Source: Octopus vulgaris (Eukaryota). Taken from it: 64,000 nt of DNA. The notes under the pieces were generated by a model. It worked only from the letters and a program-made list of their open reading frames with translations. It was not told the origin of the DNA and did not search any database. Positions 41,385 through 53,169 of the stretch are shown piece after piece. Where the stretch lies: assembly GCA_951406725.2 (NCBI GenBank), contig OX597818.1:143840001-143904000 (forward strand), read 5' to 3'. Every line of letters begins with the position of its first letter. The first letter of the stretch is position 1. A program made the translations under genes and the position numbers.

Positions 41385-42974
41385 CTAGCTTTTCCTACTT
41401 TTCGCCTCTTCAACGATCTTCATGGATCTCAATTTAGCCTCTGCGTGTGAAATATATTTCTCGTTTTGGGCCTCCGTCAATTCAAAGGCTAAATTCTCAT
41501 CTTGTGCACCCATGTAATCCAACGGAAATTTCATTTCATATACTTCTTCTCCATCACCAACCTCCATTTCGGAAATTATGGTATCGATAGTTGGCTTGGG
41601 CCGCAATTCTTCGATGATGTCTTCAAGTTTTTCTTTTGCCTCAGTTAGAGTTTGGCTGTTTATTGCAACCGGAAATGCTGTTGCAATATGGTCACAAAGG
41701 TCTTTCTTCACACTTTCATATTGGTCAAGTAGATCTTTTATTTGCAAACTCCGTTTGTGTACGCTGAAATGACGTTCTTTGCCCATTAGGTACAAATTCC
41801 TGATTTCATAAATCCAGTCATTCATTTTATCTAATTCCTGTGATCTTTTAATCTCAGCGGCTTCCATATTTTCTTTGATGTGACGAATTTCTTCTTTTTT
41901 GCAAATGAGAGTTTCAAGAGCCTGATTTATAGCAGCCATTAACTGCTCTTTAGCACTATTTTCCCAGTGAATTCTTGGGGGTAAATCATCTAACTTTTTA
42001 ATATCAAGCTCTGATTTTATTGCTTCATTCATGTCTTTAAGTTTAGTAAATTTAACCTCTGTGTCTTCTAGTTCCTTTTTTATAGATATCATTCGATTTT
42101 CTTTCAATTCTCGTTCGGCCTCATTTATACCCGTATCTTTATTAGATTTTTCTGTCTTCAATTTTTTATTTTTCAATTTTTTTTCTTCCAAATTAGACTC
42201 CTGAGTTTGTTTACCAACGATTAGAAGACGTTTTGTGTTTTCTAATTCTGTTTGCGCTTTTAAGCATCTTTTGGCTTCATTTTCATATAAAATCGATAGC
42301 TCTCCTAGTTCCTTTTTCGCCTCAGTCAAACCCTTTTCACTCAATTCTAGCTCATGAGGAATATTAATCAATTCTTTCTTCATTTGATTGACCAAATATT
42401 TATAAGTAGCGACAGTGTTACATGCCATCTCCCATTTGAAGTTTACTTTGTTGTAGCTATTGTATATCGTACGAAGCCGCTGAAGCAAATTGTCTTCATA
42501 AGTACTTTGCTTTTGTTTAACGCTTTCAAAAAAGCATATTTTTTTATTGCAATCTTCCATACTATCCTCTTTCTTCTTGGTTACATATTGTGTCAAATTT
42601 AAATTCCTGAGATTATGGCACAACTTATCTAAACTTTTTTCTACAGTTTCTTGAAGAGTATGTTTTCGCTTCTGTGCCATTTCACCATTATCTCCGGCAG
42701 GTGAAGTATCTTGAACATCTTTGTACAAAGATTTCACCAATTCTTCTCGCTTGAGAAGGTTTTCTTCCACTAATTTTGCCATGACAGTATTATTTTCTTT
42801 GATTAAATTATCGAGATACTCCATAACAGATTTAGCTTCTCTTTCGTTTAATTCAATTCTTGATTTAATGTCTTTTAATAAATCAGGCAGGGTTCGTGCC
42901 TTCTTCGTGTACTTCCCATAGTTTGGCTTTCGAATCCAGAAGTCAATTCTGGCTTTGTCTGTAAAATTACTCAT
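41385..42974 (-). CDS. Intronless 529-aa coiled-coil protein, divergent CCDC151/ODAD3-like (outer dynein arm docking complex)
   Basis: Uninterrupted 1590-nt non-repetitive ORF with AATAAA 43 nt after the stop (41342-41337) and heptad-rich K/E/L composition. Segments IKSRIELNEREAKS..IKENNTVMAKLVEEN, DKLCHNLRNLN, QRLRTIYNSYNKVNFKWEMA..TYK and the C-terminal ISHAEAKLRSMKIVEEAKSRK follow the CCDC151 family layout as I recall it. The CDS is more certain than the family call. Confidence 0.8.
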   Translation of the reverse strand: MSNFTDKARIDFWIRKPNYGKYTKKARTLPDLLKDIKSRIELNEREAKSVMEYLDNLIKENNTVMAKLVEENLLKREELVKSLYKDVQDTSPAGDNGEMAQKRKHTLQETVEKSLDKLCHNLRNLNLTQYVTKKKEDSMEDCNKKICFFESVKQKQSTYEDNLLQRLRTIYNSYNKVNFKWEMACNTVATYKYLVNQMKKELINIPHELELSEKGLTEAKKELGELSILYENEAKRCLKAQTELENTKRLLIVGKQTQESNLEEKKLKNKKLKTEKSNKDTGINEAERELKENRMISIKKELEDTEVKFTKLKDMNEAIKSELDIKKLDDLPPRIHWENSAKEQLMAAINQALETLICKKEEIRHIKENMEAAEIKRSQELDKMNDWIYEIRNLYLMGKERHFSVHKRSLQIKDLLDQYESVKKDLCDHIATAFPVAINSQTLTEAKEKLEDIIEELRPKPTIDTIISEMEVGDGEEVYEMKFPLDYMGAQDENLAFELTEAQNEKYISHAEAKLRSMKIVEEAKSRKS

Positions 42975-44170
42975 TGTTGATGTTTTGATCTAATTTGATT
43001 TAAGTATCAAAAGATATTGAAAATATACACAATACAAAACAGCAAAGAAATGATTGAAATTTTCCACTCTGAGTCAGTTAGCAACCTTTGCAACCACTTT
43101 TACATGAATGCTCTAAAATCATTAAGAAATCCGGATTTTCCTTCCATTGGAGCACATTTTAATATTCATGATTTAATATATTTCATTTAGGAGTTATTTT
43201 CTGTTGATTAACAATAATAAAAAACGAAAACTTCAACATTAAAACTATCTTAAGACAAAATAAATTCTCTAGTGATCAACCAACACAAACTCACGACCAT
43301 TCACTCCTGTTCTGTGGACAAGAGATTCAGAAGAACAAACTCAGGTAGCGTCGTCATTTAAATTCAAATAAACGCAGTGAGAACAATTAAAGCTGTTTGC
43401 TTGTTGATTAAAAGAAGCATACACACATACACACGCACACACATACACACATACACACGCACGCATACATTTGCACAACCGGACAAACACATGTATGCGC
43501 ATGCGCAAACACACGTATTTGTATATGTATGTGCCAGAAGAAGAAATAGTAAAATGGTAACTCAGTGGTTAGAATGCTTTTTAAGCATATGACTGCAGGT
43601 AAGAAAGCGAGTTTTTTTCTTTGAAAAATATCTATATTCCACACCATATCATGTGTAGCAGAAGTAATCGCAAATTGACTTAAAGAAGTGAGTACAATAA
43701 CTTTAATTAAAAGAAACTCTAGCCGCACAGGAAGCTACTGCAGTGATGATGCTTCCAGCTCTCATAGAAACCATTCTATTGAACCTAGATCAGTCCAGTG
43801 CTAGAACAGTTACATACCAGTAAAATTACTAGACTCTATAATGAGGGATAATTTATATTGTTTCTAACCCCACTGAAAATAGTAGAAAAATATCTTTCAA
43901 ATCACACTCATAAAAGCATATTGGATGATGTAGTCTTCGGTGCTAAAACACGAAATCCTCTTACGGACGTATTGTAACTTTTACGAACGTATTGTGACTC
44001 CCACTCTGCAACTCCAGTCTAGAATTCCTAAAATAAAGAACGCATAAGAAAAATTGCATCTTTTCAAAGAATAGAATACCTGGATTCTAAAAACCTAACT
44101 TATGCAAGGAGGTTGAAAATTCTAACTTACAAAATTGCCTGAAAGATGCGTTTGAATGAATATGATGGTA

Positions 44171-45451
44171 CGAGGGGTGTTCAATAAGTAATGCCCCTGA
44201 CCCACTTCCCATAGCAGCAGAGCAACGAAACTTGGCACAGTTATTAGTCTTTTTCTACATAGGAACCACCCAAAGTTACGCATTTCTCCCATCGTTTGAT
44301 GCAGCTCTGAAGACCGTTTTTGTAGAAGACCCCAGCTTGGTCCTCCAACCACGACGTGACTTCAGAAATCAAGGCTGCATCATCTGGGAAACGCTTTCCT
44401 TTCAAAAACAATTTCATGGCTGGGAAGAGGTGAAAATCAGAGGGTGCAGGTCAGGAGATGGGGGATGAGTTCATAGCCGCACGCCTGTGCTTCTGATCTG
44501 GCGACACGCGAGTTGTGGACCGGAGCGTTGTTCTGCAGGAGGAGGATGCCTTTGCTGATCTTGCCCCGCCTCTTGATTTTGATAGCTTCTCTTAATTTCC
44601 TCAAAAGTGAAGCATAATAGACTCCTGTAATTCTGGCACCCTTTGCCAAGAAATCTGTCATCACTACTCCGTCCTGGTCCCAGAAGACTGTGAGCATGAC
44701 CTTGCCAGCGGAGGGCTGCACCCTTGCCTTCTTTGGAGGAGGTGAGTCACGGTGCTTCCACTGCATTGACTGGGCTTTGGTCTCTGGATCATAGTAATGG
44801 ACCCAGGTTTCATCCTGTGTAATCAGTCTTTTGAAAAATTTGGACTCATCTTCTTGGCACATCTTCAAATTCATCCTCGCGCTATCGACGCGTTCTTGCT
44901 TCTGGAAAGGTGTGAGCAGCCTGGGAATCCATCTGGCAGACACCTTTTGCATATGCAAATGGTCATGAATGATAGTTTCCACAGACCCAGTACTAATCTT
45001 GACCTCATGGGCTATTTGGCGAATAGTTATGCGTCGATCTTCCAAAATGGCAGCCTCAACTTGACGGACAGATGCCTCATCAATGGCAGAAGGGGGCGCC
45101 CAGATCCGGGAGCTGTTTCCACAAAGTTCCGACCATGTTTGAATTCACGATGCCAGCGTTTTACAAGGTCATATGATGGGGCATCATCACCATAAGTTAC
45201 TTTTATTTCATCAAAAGTCTCCCGTGGTGTGCGTCCTTTCAAATACAAAAACCGCATCACTGCTCGACACTCAACAGGCTCCGTTTCACACTTGACTCAG
45301 TTCAAACACCTGTAAATCAGAAACCACAATTAGTTCAGAGCTGTAATTTGCCACTTAATCTATAGAGATATAGGTAATTGCACATGCAAAATTTCAGCTA
45401 GATCAAACAACTACAAGTGGGTCAGAGGCATTACTTATTGAACGCCCCTCG
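44171..45451 (-). mobile_element. Full-length mariner transposon (irritans/Hsmar2-like), inactivated transposase
   Basis: 1281 bp, TA on both sides (44169-44170, 45452-45453). About 37-bp TIRs CGAGGGGYGTTCAATAAGTAATGCCYCTGACCCACTT with 2 mismatches. Motifs WIPRLL, TQDETW and LLQNNAPVH (second catalytic D changed to N). Frameshifts near 45040 and 44455. Confidence 0.95.
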
Positions 45452-45679
45452 TAGATGTTCTATAAAGGGGTTTTACCTAAATTATTCATATCTGGTGTAA
45501 AACCTCAGTTGAATAAAGAAGGGGGGAAACCGATAAAACCTTGAACCTCAGAACATGAAAAAATATAAATAGGAGGAAGGGCCATTCAGTTTAAGGACAA
45601 TAAAATTTGGAATAGTTCGACAGGGTTGGTCACAATTGAAAATAATATATTTAAACACCTGTTGATCAAACATTCCCTT

Positions 45680-46088
45680 TTACTCTATTTCTCTTTTACC
45701 TGTTTCAGTCATTTGACTGTGGCCGTGCTGTAGCACCGCCTTTAGTCGAGCAAATCGACCTCAGGACTTATTCTTTGTAAGCCTAGTATTTATACTATCG
45801 GTATCTTTTGCCCAACCGCTAAGTGACGGGAACGTAAACACACCAGCATCGGTTGTCAAGCGATGTTGGTGAGACAAACACAGACACACAAACATACATA
45901 CACACATATATATACACATATATACGACGGGCTTCTTTCAGTTTCCGTCTACCAAATCCACTCACAAGGCTTTGGTCGGCCCGAGGCTATAGTAGAAGAC
46001 ACTTGCCCAAGGTGCCACGCAGTGGGACTGAACCCGAAACCATGTGGTTGGTAAGCAAGCTACTTACCACACAGCCACTCCTACGCCT
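45680..46088 (-). mobile_element. Full-length tRNA-derived SINE, family B
   Basis: Reverse complement of 33681-34078. Confidence 0.85.
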
Positions 46089-46112
46089 ATATTGGGAACA
46101 ATATGAAAAATA

Positions 46113-48855
46113 GTCGGAGAGACCGGGTCGGGTCTAGTTGTTACATTTTTTCATTTTTTTGTTTTTGCCTTGGCACCCACATTAATGAACACAGCTGAAG
46201 TTTCTTTTCAGAATTAATTAGTAAAACATCTCTATTTATTGTTATCACCAGCAAAAAACAGAAATTACATAACATTAATTAGACAGGTTCTAATTAATGA
46301 GGTGGTATCAGCTGTAACAATTTTCCCCGAGTGCAGGGTACGTTGTGACACTTACTGGGGTACTTTTTTACAACTGTCGATAACTCGGAATTATGTTAAC
46401 AAACAAGTTTAAAATGAATACGTCTCCTGCTTCTTGCGTCTAGGATGTATTATTTTAATTAATTAACTGAGCTTTGAACCACCTCATATCATAAATGTGA
46501 TACTGAGAGTCCTCATCAGCCAATTTCCCTATTGTTACATGTACCATCTAGTCGAAATCGTCCTCCATTAACTCCTCACCACACAGATCACACAGAAAGT
46601 CCTGTCATCCATCGGTGCAGTCAGTGTGTGCCCAGTCTTTACAGACCATGCATTGCACCTATTCCTCACCTGGAAGGGAGTTGGAATACCAATCTGAGCA
46701 GACAAGGCATTTCCAATCGGCGACTTGCTTCTCTTTGCCTTTTCCTGTTTTAGTTGACTTTCCCTTCCCCTTTGTTGCTTTTTCTGTACCAGTTGCCTTC
46801 TTTAGCTTGGATTTCTGTTCGTTTATTTCATCCACTATGTGTTGTTTTACGGTGGTTAGGGTTCGAATGGCTGTTTGGCACCTCTTGCGACTTCCACGAC
46901 CTCGACCTGTCTTCCTGGAGGAAGCCTTCCTTAATGGGCGCAACACCTCTGGGCTTGTAACAACACCAGCAGTAAAACCTGGGCCTGGTGTAGGATGGTC
47001 TGTCGGACCGTCTTGCCGTTCATTGACCTGGTCGCCTGGTTGAACGTCTGACTAGTCGTTTGGCTGCAAATTAGGCTGGTTATCTGGTTGCATGCCAGGC
47101 TGCACGTCAGGATGGTCGTTTGGCTGCACCTCAGACTGGTCTTCAGCTTGTTTTGGAGCAGGACGGTCCGTGACATAACTTGGAAGGAATTCGTCATCAC
47201 CAAAGACATCCCTGTTAAAGGGCCAGATGCCACTGACTTGAAATCCTTTCTGGTTGTCGACTGGTGCGCACGCATGTGGAAGGGCTTCCTTCAAGATCGC
47301 CGGGATGTCGTTAATGGCCATCGTTTTACCTGGGTGCGATTTCATCCATCTATCACAGGCCCTATTCACGTACTCCTTAAGAGGACCATAGACACTCCGA
47401 TCGAGTGGCTGTAGCTTATGTGAGCAGTGTGGGAGGAATGATAGCAGAACAATACCATTGTCTCGGCAGAAACCAATGAAGCCAACGAGATATGGGAGTT
47501 GTGGTTGTCAAGTAGCAACAGGACAGGATGCTCTTTGCAGCAACGAGTGTGCTTCACGAAGTGTTCCAGAAATTTAAGAAAATCTGCCTCCTTCATCCAT
47601 CCACTTGGATTTGCTGATTCACAGCAACCTGTTAGCCCGTTAGCAATGAAGTGGACTCTAAGGAACACTAGCATTGGTGGTGTTGCATTACCGCTGGCAT
47701 TTACTGTCACCAGGGTCCCTCTCTCCGCGGAATTCATTGCTTCTACTTGTTTCACTCCTTTCTCTGCCACAATTCGATCTGGTCGTTGCACTGTTGTGAC
47801 ACCCGTCTCATCACAGTTGTAGATGTCATAGCTCTCAAACTTGTAGCGGTCAAGCACCTCTGTCAGATTAGCGTAAAACGTGTCCACCTTAGTTCGATTG
47901 AAGCTTGTTGCCCTACTCAGACTTGTGGCTTTTGGGGTTCGGATGGGGAGGCTGGAATTCCGCTTCATAAACCTTTTAGAACCAGTCGACACCAGCGCAT
48001 TCATTGGCAGGCCAAAAATCTGGACACTTGATTTCATTGACCTTCGCATAGTCGTAAGCAAGGCTTCGAATGTCAGAAGGAATCAGACCATGGTAAATTT
48101 TAGCAGCTTTAAGGATGTAGGCCACAAGCAAGTCTTCTTGCTTCTTGGTAAAATCTGCACGCGGAGAAGTATATCCAACACTCGCTATTTTCCCCTCTGT
48201 CCTTGGTTTCTTGCAGTATCTCTGCAGCGTCATGAAATTCACCTGAAAATATAAAGAAGCTGGAGGTTTATATTTTGGTACAGCTGACGTTCTGTTAACA
48301 TCTTAAAATTTTGATGTAAGGGATACCGATAGCTTCCTATCTAATGAGCCTGAAACCTACCTCGAAATCTTTGGCAACATCCCGTAATGATTTCTTTTCA
48401 TCCACAAATTTTCTGGCGGCTCTTTCCATGACATCAGGAGGGGTATCCACTCTTGTAGTCTTCCTTTTGTAATTTCTAGGCATGGCGTGTGAAACTTAAA
48501 TAAAAGGGGTAAGGTGTGACATGCCTGGGGTAAGTTGATACACTATGGCATCCAGGACACACCTTCATGTATTGAAGGCAACTTCCAACACTTCCTAATG
48601 AGCCACAAACTACTTCAGTAGCACCACTTGTGCTTTAATAGTTAAGGAAATAGCTTTGTCACAAAATTTCACTTTTGGAGTAAAAAATCGTTTTTTGAGC
48701 CATACCTTTCTTGGTGACAGCCCGCCAGTGCAGTCATGATGCTATAGAGTTGGTCTTCACGAGGCAGAGACCCGGGTGCCACCTATTTCTTGAAGTTGGA
48801 AACAATGGACTTCTAACAACTTATCCATGTAACAACTAGATCCGGTCTCCCCTAC
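46113..48855 (-). mobile_element. pogo-like DNA transposon (HTH_psq / CENP-B HTH / DDE_1 / PHD finger) with an intron-containing transposase pseudogene
   Basis: Imperfect TIRs GGAGACCGG..TCTAGTTGTTACA at both ends. Exon 1 (48483-48361) encodes MPRNYKRKT..RDVAKDFE. A GT..AG intron spans 48360-48243. Exon 2 contains IYNCDETG, NPSGWM, LLLLDNHNSH, GFQVSGIWPFNRDVF and a C-terminal C4HC3 (CLVC..CMVCKDWAHTDC..CDLC). Frameshifts and stops are present. Confidence 0.85.
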
Positions 48856-49053
48856 AGAAATTTTAAAGCGAACATGGTCTGGTGCACAATACATTCATCA
48901 GAGGAGCAGCAGTCTAGAAAAGAAGTTCAAAATGAACACGGAAAGGGAAACTAATATTACACTCACACGCACGTACGCACACTCACACACACACACACAC
49001 ACACAAACTGAACTGTTCAGAATACAGACTGACTGCTTGAGGCAACTGACTTA

Positions 49054-49468
49054 CCTATTTCTTTACTACCCTCAAGGGGCTAAACACAGAGAGGACAAAC
49101 AAGGACAAACAAACGGATTAAGTCGATTATATCGATCCCAGTGCGTAACTGTTACTTATTTAATCGACCCCGAAAGGATGAAAGGCAAAGTCGACCTCGG
49201 CGGAATTTGAACTCAAAACGTAACGGCAGACGAAATACCAATTTCTTTATTGCCCACCAGGGGGCTAAACACAGAAGGAACAAACAAGGACAAACAAACG
49301 GATTAAGTCGATTATATCGACCCCAGTGCGTAACTGGTACTTAATTAATCGACCCCGAAAGGATGAAGGGCAAAGTCAACCTCGGCGGAATTTGAACTCA
49401 AAACGTAACGGCAGACGAAATACCGCTAAGCATTTCGCCCGGCGTGCTAACGTTTCTGCCAGCTCGAT
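49054..49468 (-). mobile_element. Dimeric family-A SINE with a 12-bp target-site duplication
   Basis: Two tandem units of about 185 bp. GCAACTGACTTA occurs at 49042-49053 and 49469-49480. Confidence 0.85.
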
Positions 49469-51024
49469 GCAACTGACTTAGCGCCGCGTCAAGGACAATC
49501 ACTTTACTCTCAACTTTCATCTACTGTAAAAATTGTGATAGTAATCTTACCAAATGCTGAGTGGCTTAGTTATGAAATATAGGACTACCAAGTAGACAGA
49601 CGAGAAGTTCAGAAGCTTGGATTTACTCAAGACCGACTGCTGATAAATCAGTGACTTCAAAACAAAAAAAAAAAAAACCTAATTAATAATGGGATAGCAA
49701 TTTCTTAATCTCGTGCTGAAATGTCTCAGTGAGCAGGCAGCAACAAATACATCACATGGACATATTTATGTATCTAAGAACTATTTTACGATATGGTTTT
49801 ATTTCCTTTTTTTTTTCTTCTGTTAAAATACATTTCGCTTCATATATTTTCCTTTTCTCTTTCATTCTTTGTTTAAATATTTAGACTTCTGTTGCTGTCT
49901 TTTGTTATATTTCTTTATATTCATTATATTGTAAGTTTTATACGTTTCGCCTCTATGGAATACTTTAAGAAAACTTCAAATAACTTGTATCCAGTAGGCC
50001 AGTACCGAATAACAACTCAGCGAGTGATTATTTCATTCAGAAGGCTGGTTTTCTATTGTTATATATGAGTATAGTTATTTAAATAAAGTAAATATTGATA
50101 TATGTCACCGACCTAACACACCTGCCCCATCTTCTTTATATATAGTTTTATATGGACAGGTATATAGAAGTGTATAGATGCACTTAAGTGTGTATATACA
50201 TATATATGTATAGAAATTAAATATAAAATATAAATTACAAAGTGGGACAAGAACGCAAAAACACACAAGGAGACGACACAAAAAAACAGACGGGTCACTC
50301 GAAGCCTCTAATCTTCAGTCGGGAACCGCATCATCTTAGTAATTTCGGCTGTTTAATCTCGATATTACTCCGACCCGGCCAGCCCCAAGGAAAATGCATA
50401 CGTACATACACGCGAACATACATATTCATGTTTGTAATTCGTGAATGATGCATTTATACATGTATATCTTTGCGTGCATGCGCATACATACGCACGTATA
50501 CGCACGTTTGCGCGCGTACAGAGAGGGGGGGGTTGAGGGCTTCACGTACAACTCAATGTCAAATATTAACGTTCGGAAACTGGTGAAAGTTGACCACGTC
50601 TGCTTAACTGAATATCAAAATTACCTTCGTGAATCCATATTAAAATGGCAGAGATATCAGGATATTATATTTACCAGTTTAAGTCAACGAGAAAGAGGAT
50701 AGAATAACAGGTTTCGAGTCCTGTCAGGAGGAGTCTTGCTGTCCTTTTCTTTCTCAAATTGGTACTGATAGAAAATCTTAGCTGTTGATTCATAATTTGA
50801 ATTTTCCTTGTAAATATCGAGTGCGTGTAATGTGTGATATTTACATAAACTTAGATAAACTTAGATATGTTTCGACCAAAGATTGGTCCAGGCCATGTCT
50901 AACATATGCTATTTCACCTGACAAACTATGTTGGGCAGGAGTGTGTATAACATATGACATCCATATTTGGAGTTTAACTTTCCTTGCTATGCTGGATTTT
51001 AATATTTATAATATTTATATAATA

Positions 51025-51423
51025 CTAGCAGTATCGCCCGGCGTTGCTCGGGCTTGTAAGGGAAATAACTATATAAGCATTTTTAGAGAGTTATAGCCAA
51101 AAAATAGCAAAAAATGCATTAAAAATGGAAAAAAAATGATGGTAATTTTTTTTTATAATCGTTGACTCTTCGTAGACATTTTTAGAGAGATACTTCCCTT
51201 GTATAATAGCGATAAAAATGCATTAAAATGAAAAAAAATTATGGTAAACTTTTTTTTTTAATCGTAGACTCATCGTAGACGCGCGCTAATACCCAGAAGG
51301 GCTCGATATGAATCACGACTATAAGATACCCGGTTTTGGTTAAACTGCACCGCAAAATGTGGGAATAGTTAGGAATCTAAATCGTAGGAGACAGACACAC
51401 AACCTCTCTTTTATATATAAAGA
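51025..51423 (-). mobile_element. Non-autonomous Helitron
   Basis: The minus strand starts TC(TTTATATATAAA) and ends with the hairpin CCCGAGCAACGCCGGG followed by CTAG. Inserted between A and T, with no TSD. Confidence 0.85.
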
Positions 51424-51642
51424 TTTATAAATGGAGTTTTTAACTTGCCCTACTCTGTTAGACATTAGTATATATTGTACATAAAATTTATATTGGGAGT
51501 TTCACTTACCCTGCTATACTAAATAACTTACCAATTACTTCGGTAATACCGTCGCACGCGCGCGCACACAAATACACACACACACACATACACACGTACG
51601 TGTGTGTTTGTGCTTGTCCCTCACTGTTTGATAATCGGTGTT

Positions 51643-52012
51643 CAGTGATCCCTCGTTTATCGGGGTAGACTGGTTCCGAGACCGGCTCTTTTTTGCGAGG
51701 CTGCAAAAACATTGTGATAGGAAGTTGCTGCCGCTGCTTCTTTTTCCGTTCAAAGAGCATCTTGTAGGGATTCATGACTTCGTCGACCTTGTGGCAAAAT
51801 TGCACAGAACGAACCATATCGTCGTCCCATTCTTGTGACCCATCTTTCAGTTCTTTAGCCAGGTTGCAGAGCTTGGCCAACCGCTCCAAAGTCAAGCCAG
51901 TTTGGTCGACAACTTCTTCCGTTTCTTGTTGCGTTTCTTCTTCTTCTCCTTCGCTGGCCGACTTCGTCAAGTCTTCGAGGTCTGCGTCGATTAGCGGCTG
52001 GGAGTGGCAGTG
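51643..52012 (-). mobile_element. Tigger/TIGD1-like transposase C-terminal fragment with one TIR-like end
   Basis: HSQPLIDADLEDL..LTLERLAKL..WDDDMVRSVQF..PYKMLFERKKKQRQQLPITMF. TIR-like CAGTGATCCCTCGTTTATCG at 51643. Confidence 0.7.
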
Positions 52013-52029
52013 ACTGCTCGAAGTAAAAA

Positions 52030-52950
52030 AAAAAGGTGATATACAAATAATGGAATTGGTTTATATGTTCAAAGCTGGACATATAATTTATATGTATGTA
52101 CAAGGATATGGATACCAATATTCCATTTTGCCAATGGAACAAAAAGGTATCAGGAGGAAATGCAGAGGTATCAAAGACCAATCATTGATAGACAAAATAG
52201 TAATGCAAGATTGTAAGTGAAAGAGCACAAATTTGGGAATGGCCTGGATTGTTTTGTGAAAAGCTTACGATATGATTCCACATTCGTGGATCATTGAGTG
52301 CTTAGTTATGTTTGAAATTGCAAGGAACTTAACGTGTTTTTTTGAAAAGAAGTACGGATACTTTAAGGCGGCAAGCTGGCAGAAACGTTAGAACGCCAGG
52401 CGAAATGCTTAGCGGTATTTCGTCTGCCGTTACGTTCTGAGTTCAAATTCCGCCGAGGTCGACTTTACCTTTCATCCTTTCGGGTTCAATAAATTAAGTA
52501 GCAGTTGCGCACTGGGGTCGATGTAATCGACTTAATCCATTTGTCTGTCCTTGTTTGTCCCCTTGTGGGCAATAAAGAAATAAGAACTATAGATACTTAC
52601 ACGATAAGGTAGCGAAAGTGCTACATTGGAAACTGTGCGAAAAGTGGGGGCAGAGAACGGTGGAGTTGGAGACTTGCAAAATCCCCTGGGATTTCTCAAT
52701 CCAAACAGATCAAGCGCTAGAACATAACAGACCGGACCTAGTGGTAGTCGTCAAGATGCACTACATGTGCTACATGGTTGATGTTGCGTGCCCCTTTGAC
52801 CCACGAATAGTCAAGATGGAAGGCCGAAGAAATAGATAATACAACTCTCTTAATTACGAAATAGCCTGGCTGTGGAAAATGAAGAAGGTTGAAGATAATG
52901 CCAATTATTGTTAGGTCCTTGGGGATGGTATCAGAAGGGTTTATAAAAGC
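52030..52950 (+). mobile_element. Internally deleted R4/Dong-type LINE fragment with a nested family-A SINE (52367-52587)
   Basis: EQKGIRRKCRGIKDQSLID..AWIV..KAYDMIPHSWI (RT), then LHDKVAKVLHWKLC..WDFSIQTD..HNRPDLVVV..DVACPFD (REL). The SINE is flanked by a degenerate TSD aagaagtacggatactt/aagaactatagatactt. Confidence 0.75.
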
Positions 52951-53169
52951 ATTGAGGATTGTATAAAATGGTACATGAAAGAGCGTGTAAATAGGAGAGT
53001 GACAGTAACAAAGAAAAATATATTCAAAACAATGAATAATTCCTCAAAAGAGGAAAAAAACTCCAATTCTTGTTAATCCCACAAAGCCACATCCACCCTG
53101 GCCACTAATGCAAGTGATTTCTTGTTGTTTTTCTTCAATCGCAGGTGCATGCTTAGAGTAAACTCGTCC

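Noticed and set aside
50289-50320. Minus-strand CTGAAGA..GAG..GTC hammerhead-like string
   Set aside because: The core is mutated and no stem I pairing could be built; at best a decayed repeat.
52330-52600. SINE-mediated deletion of the LINE interior
   Set aside because: The SINE has its own degenerate TSD, so the deletion junction lies just left of it and is probably independent.
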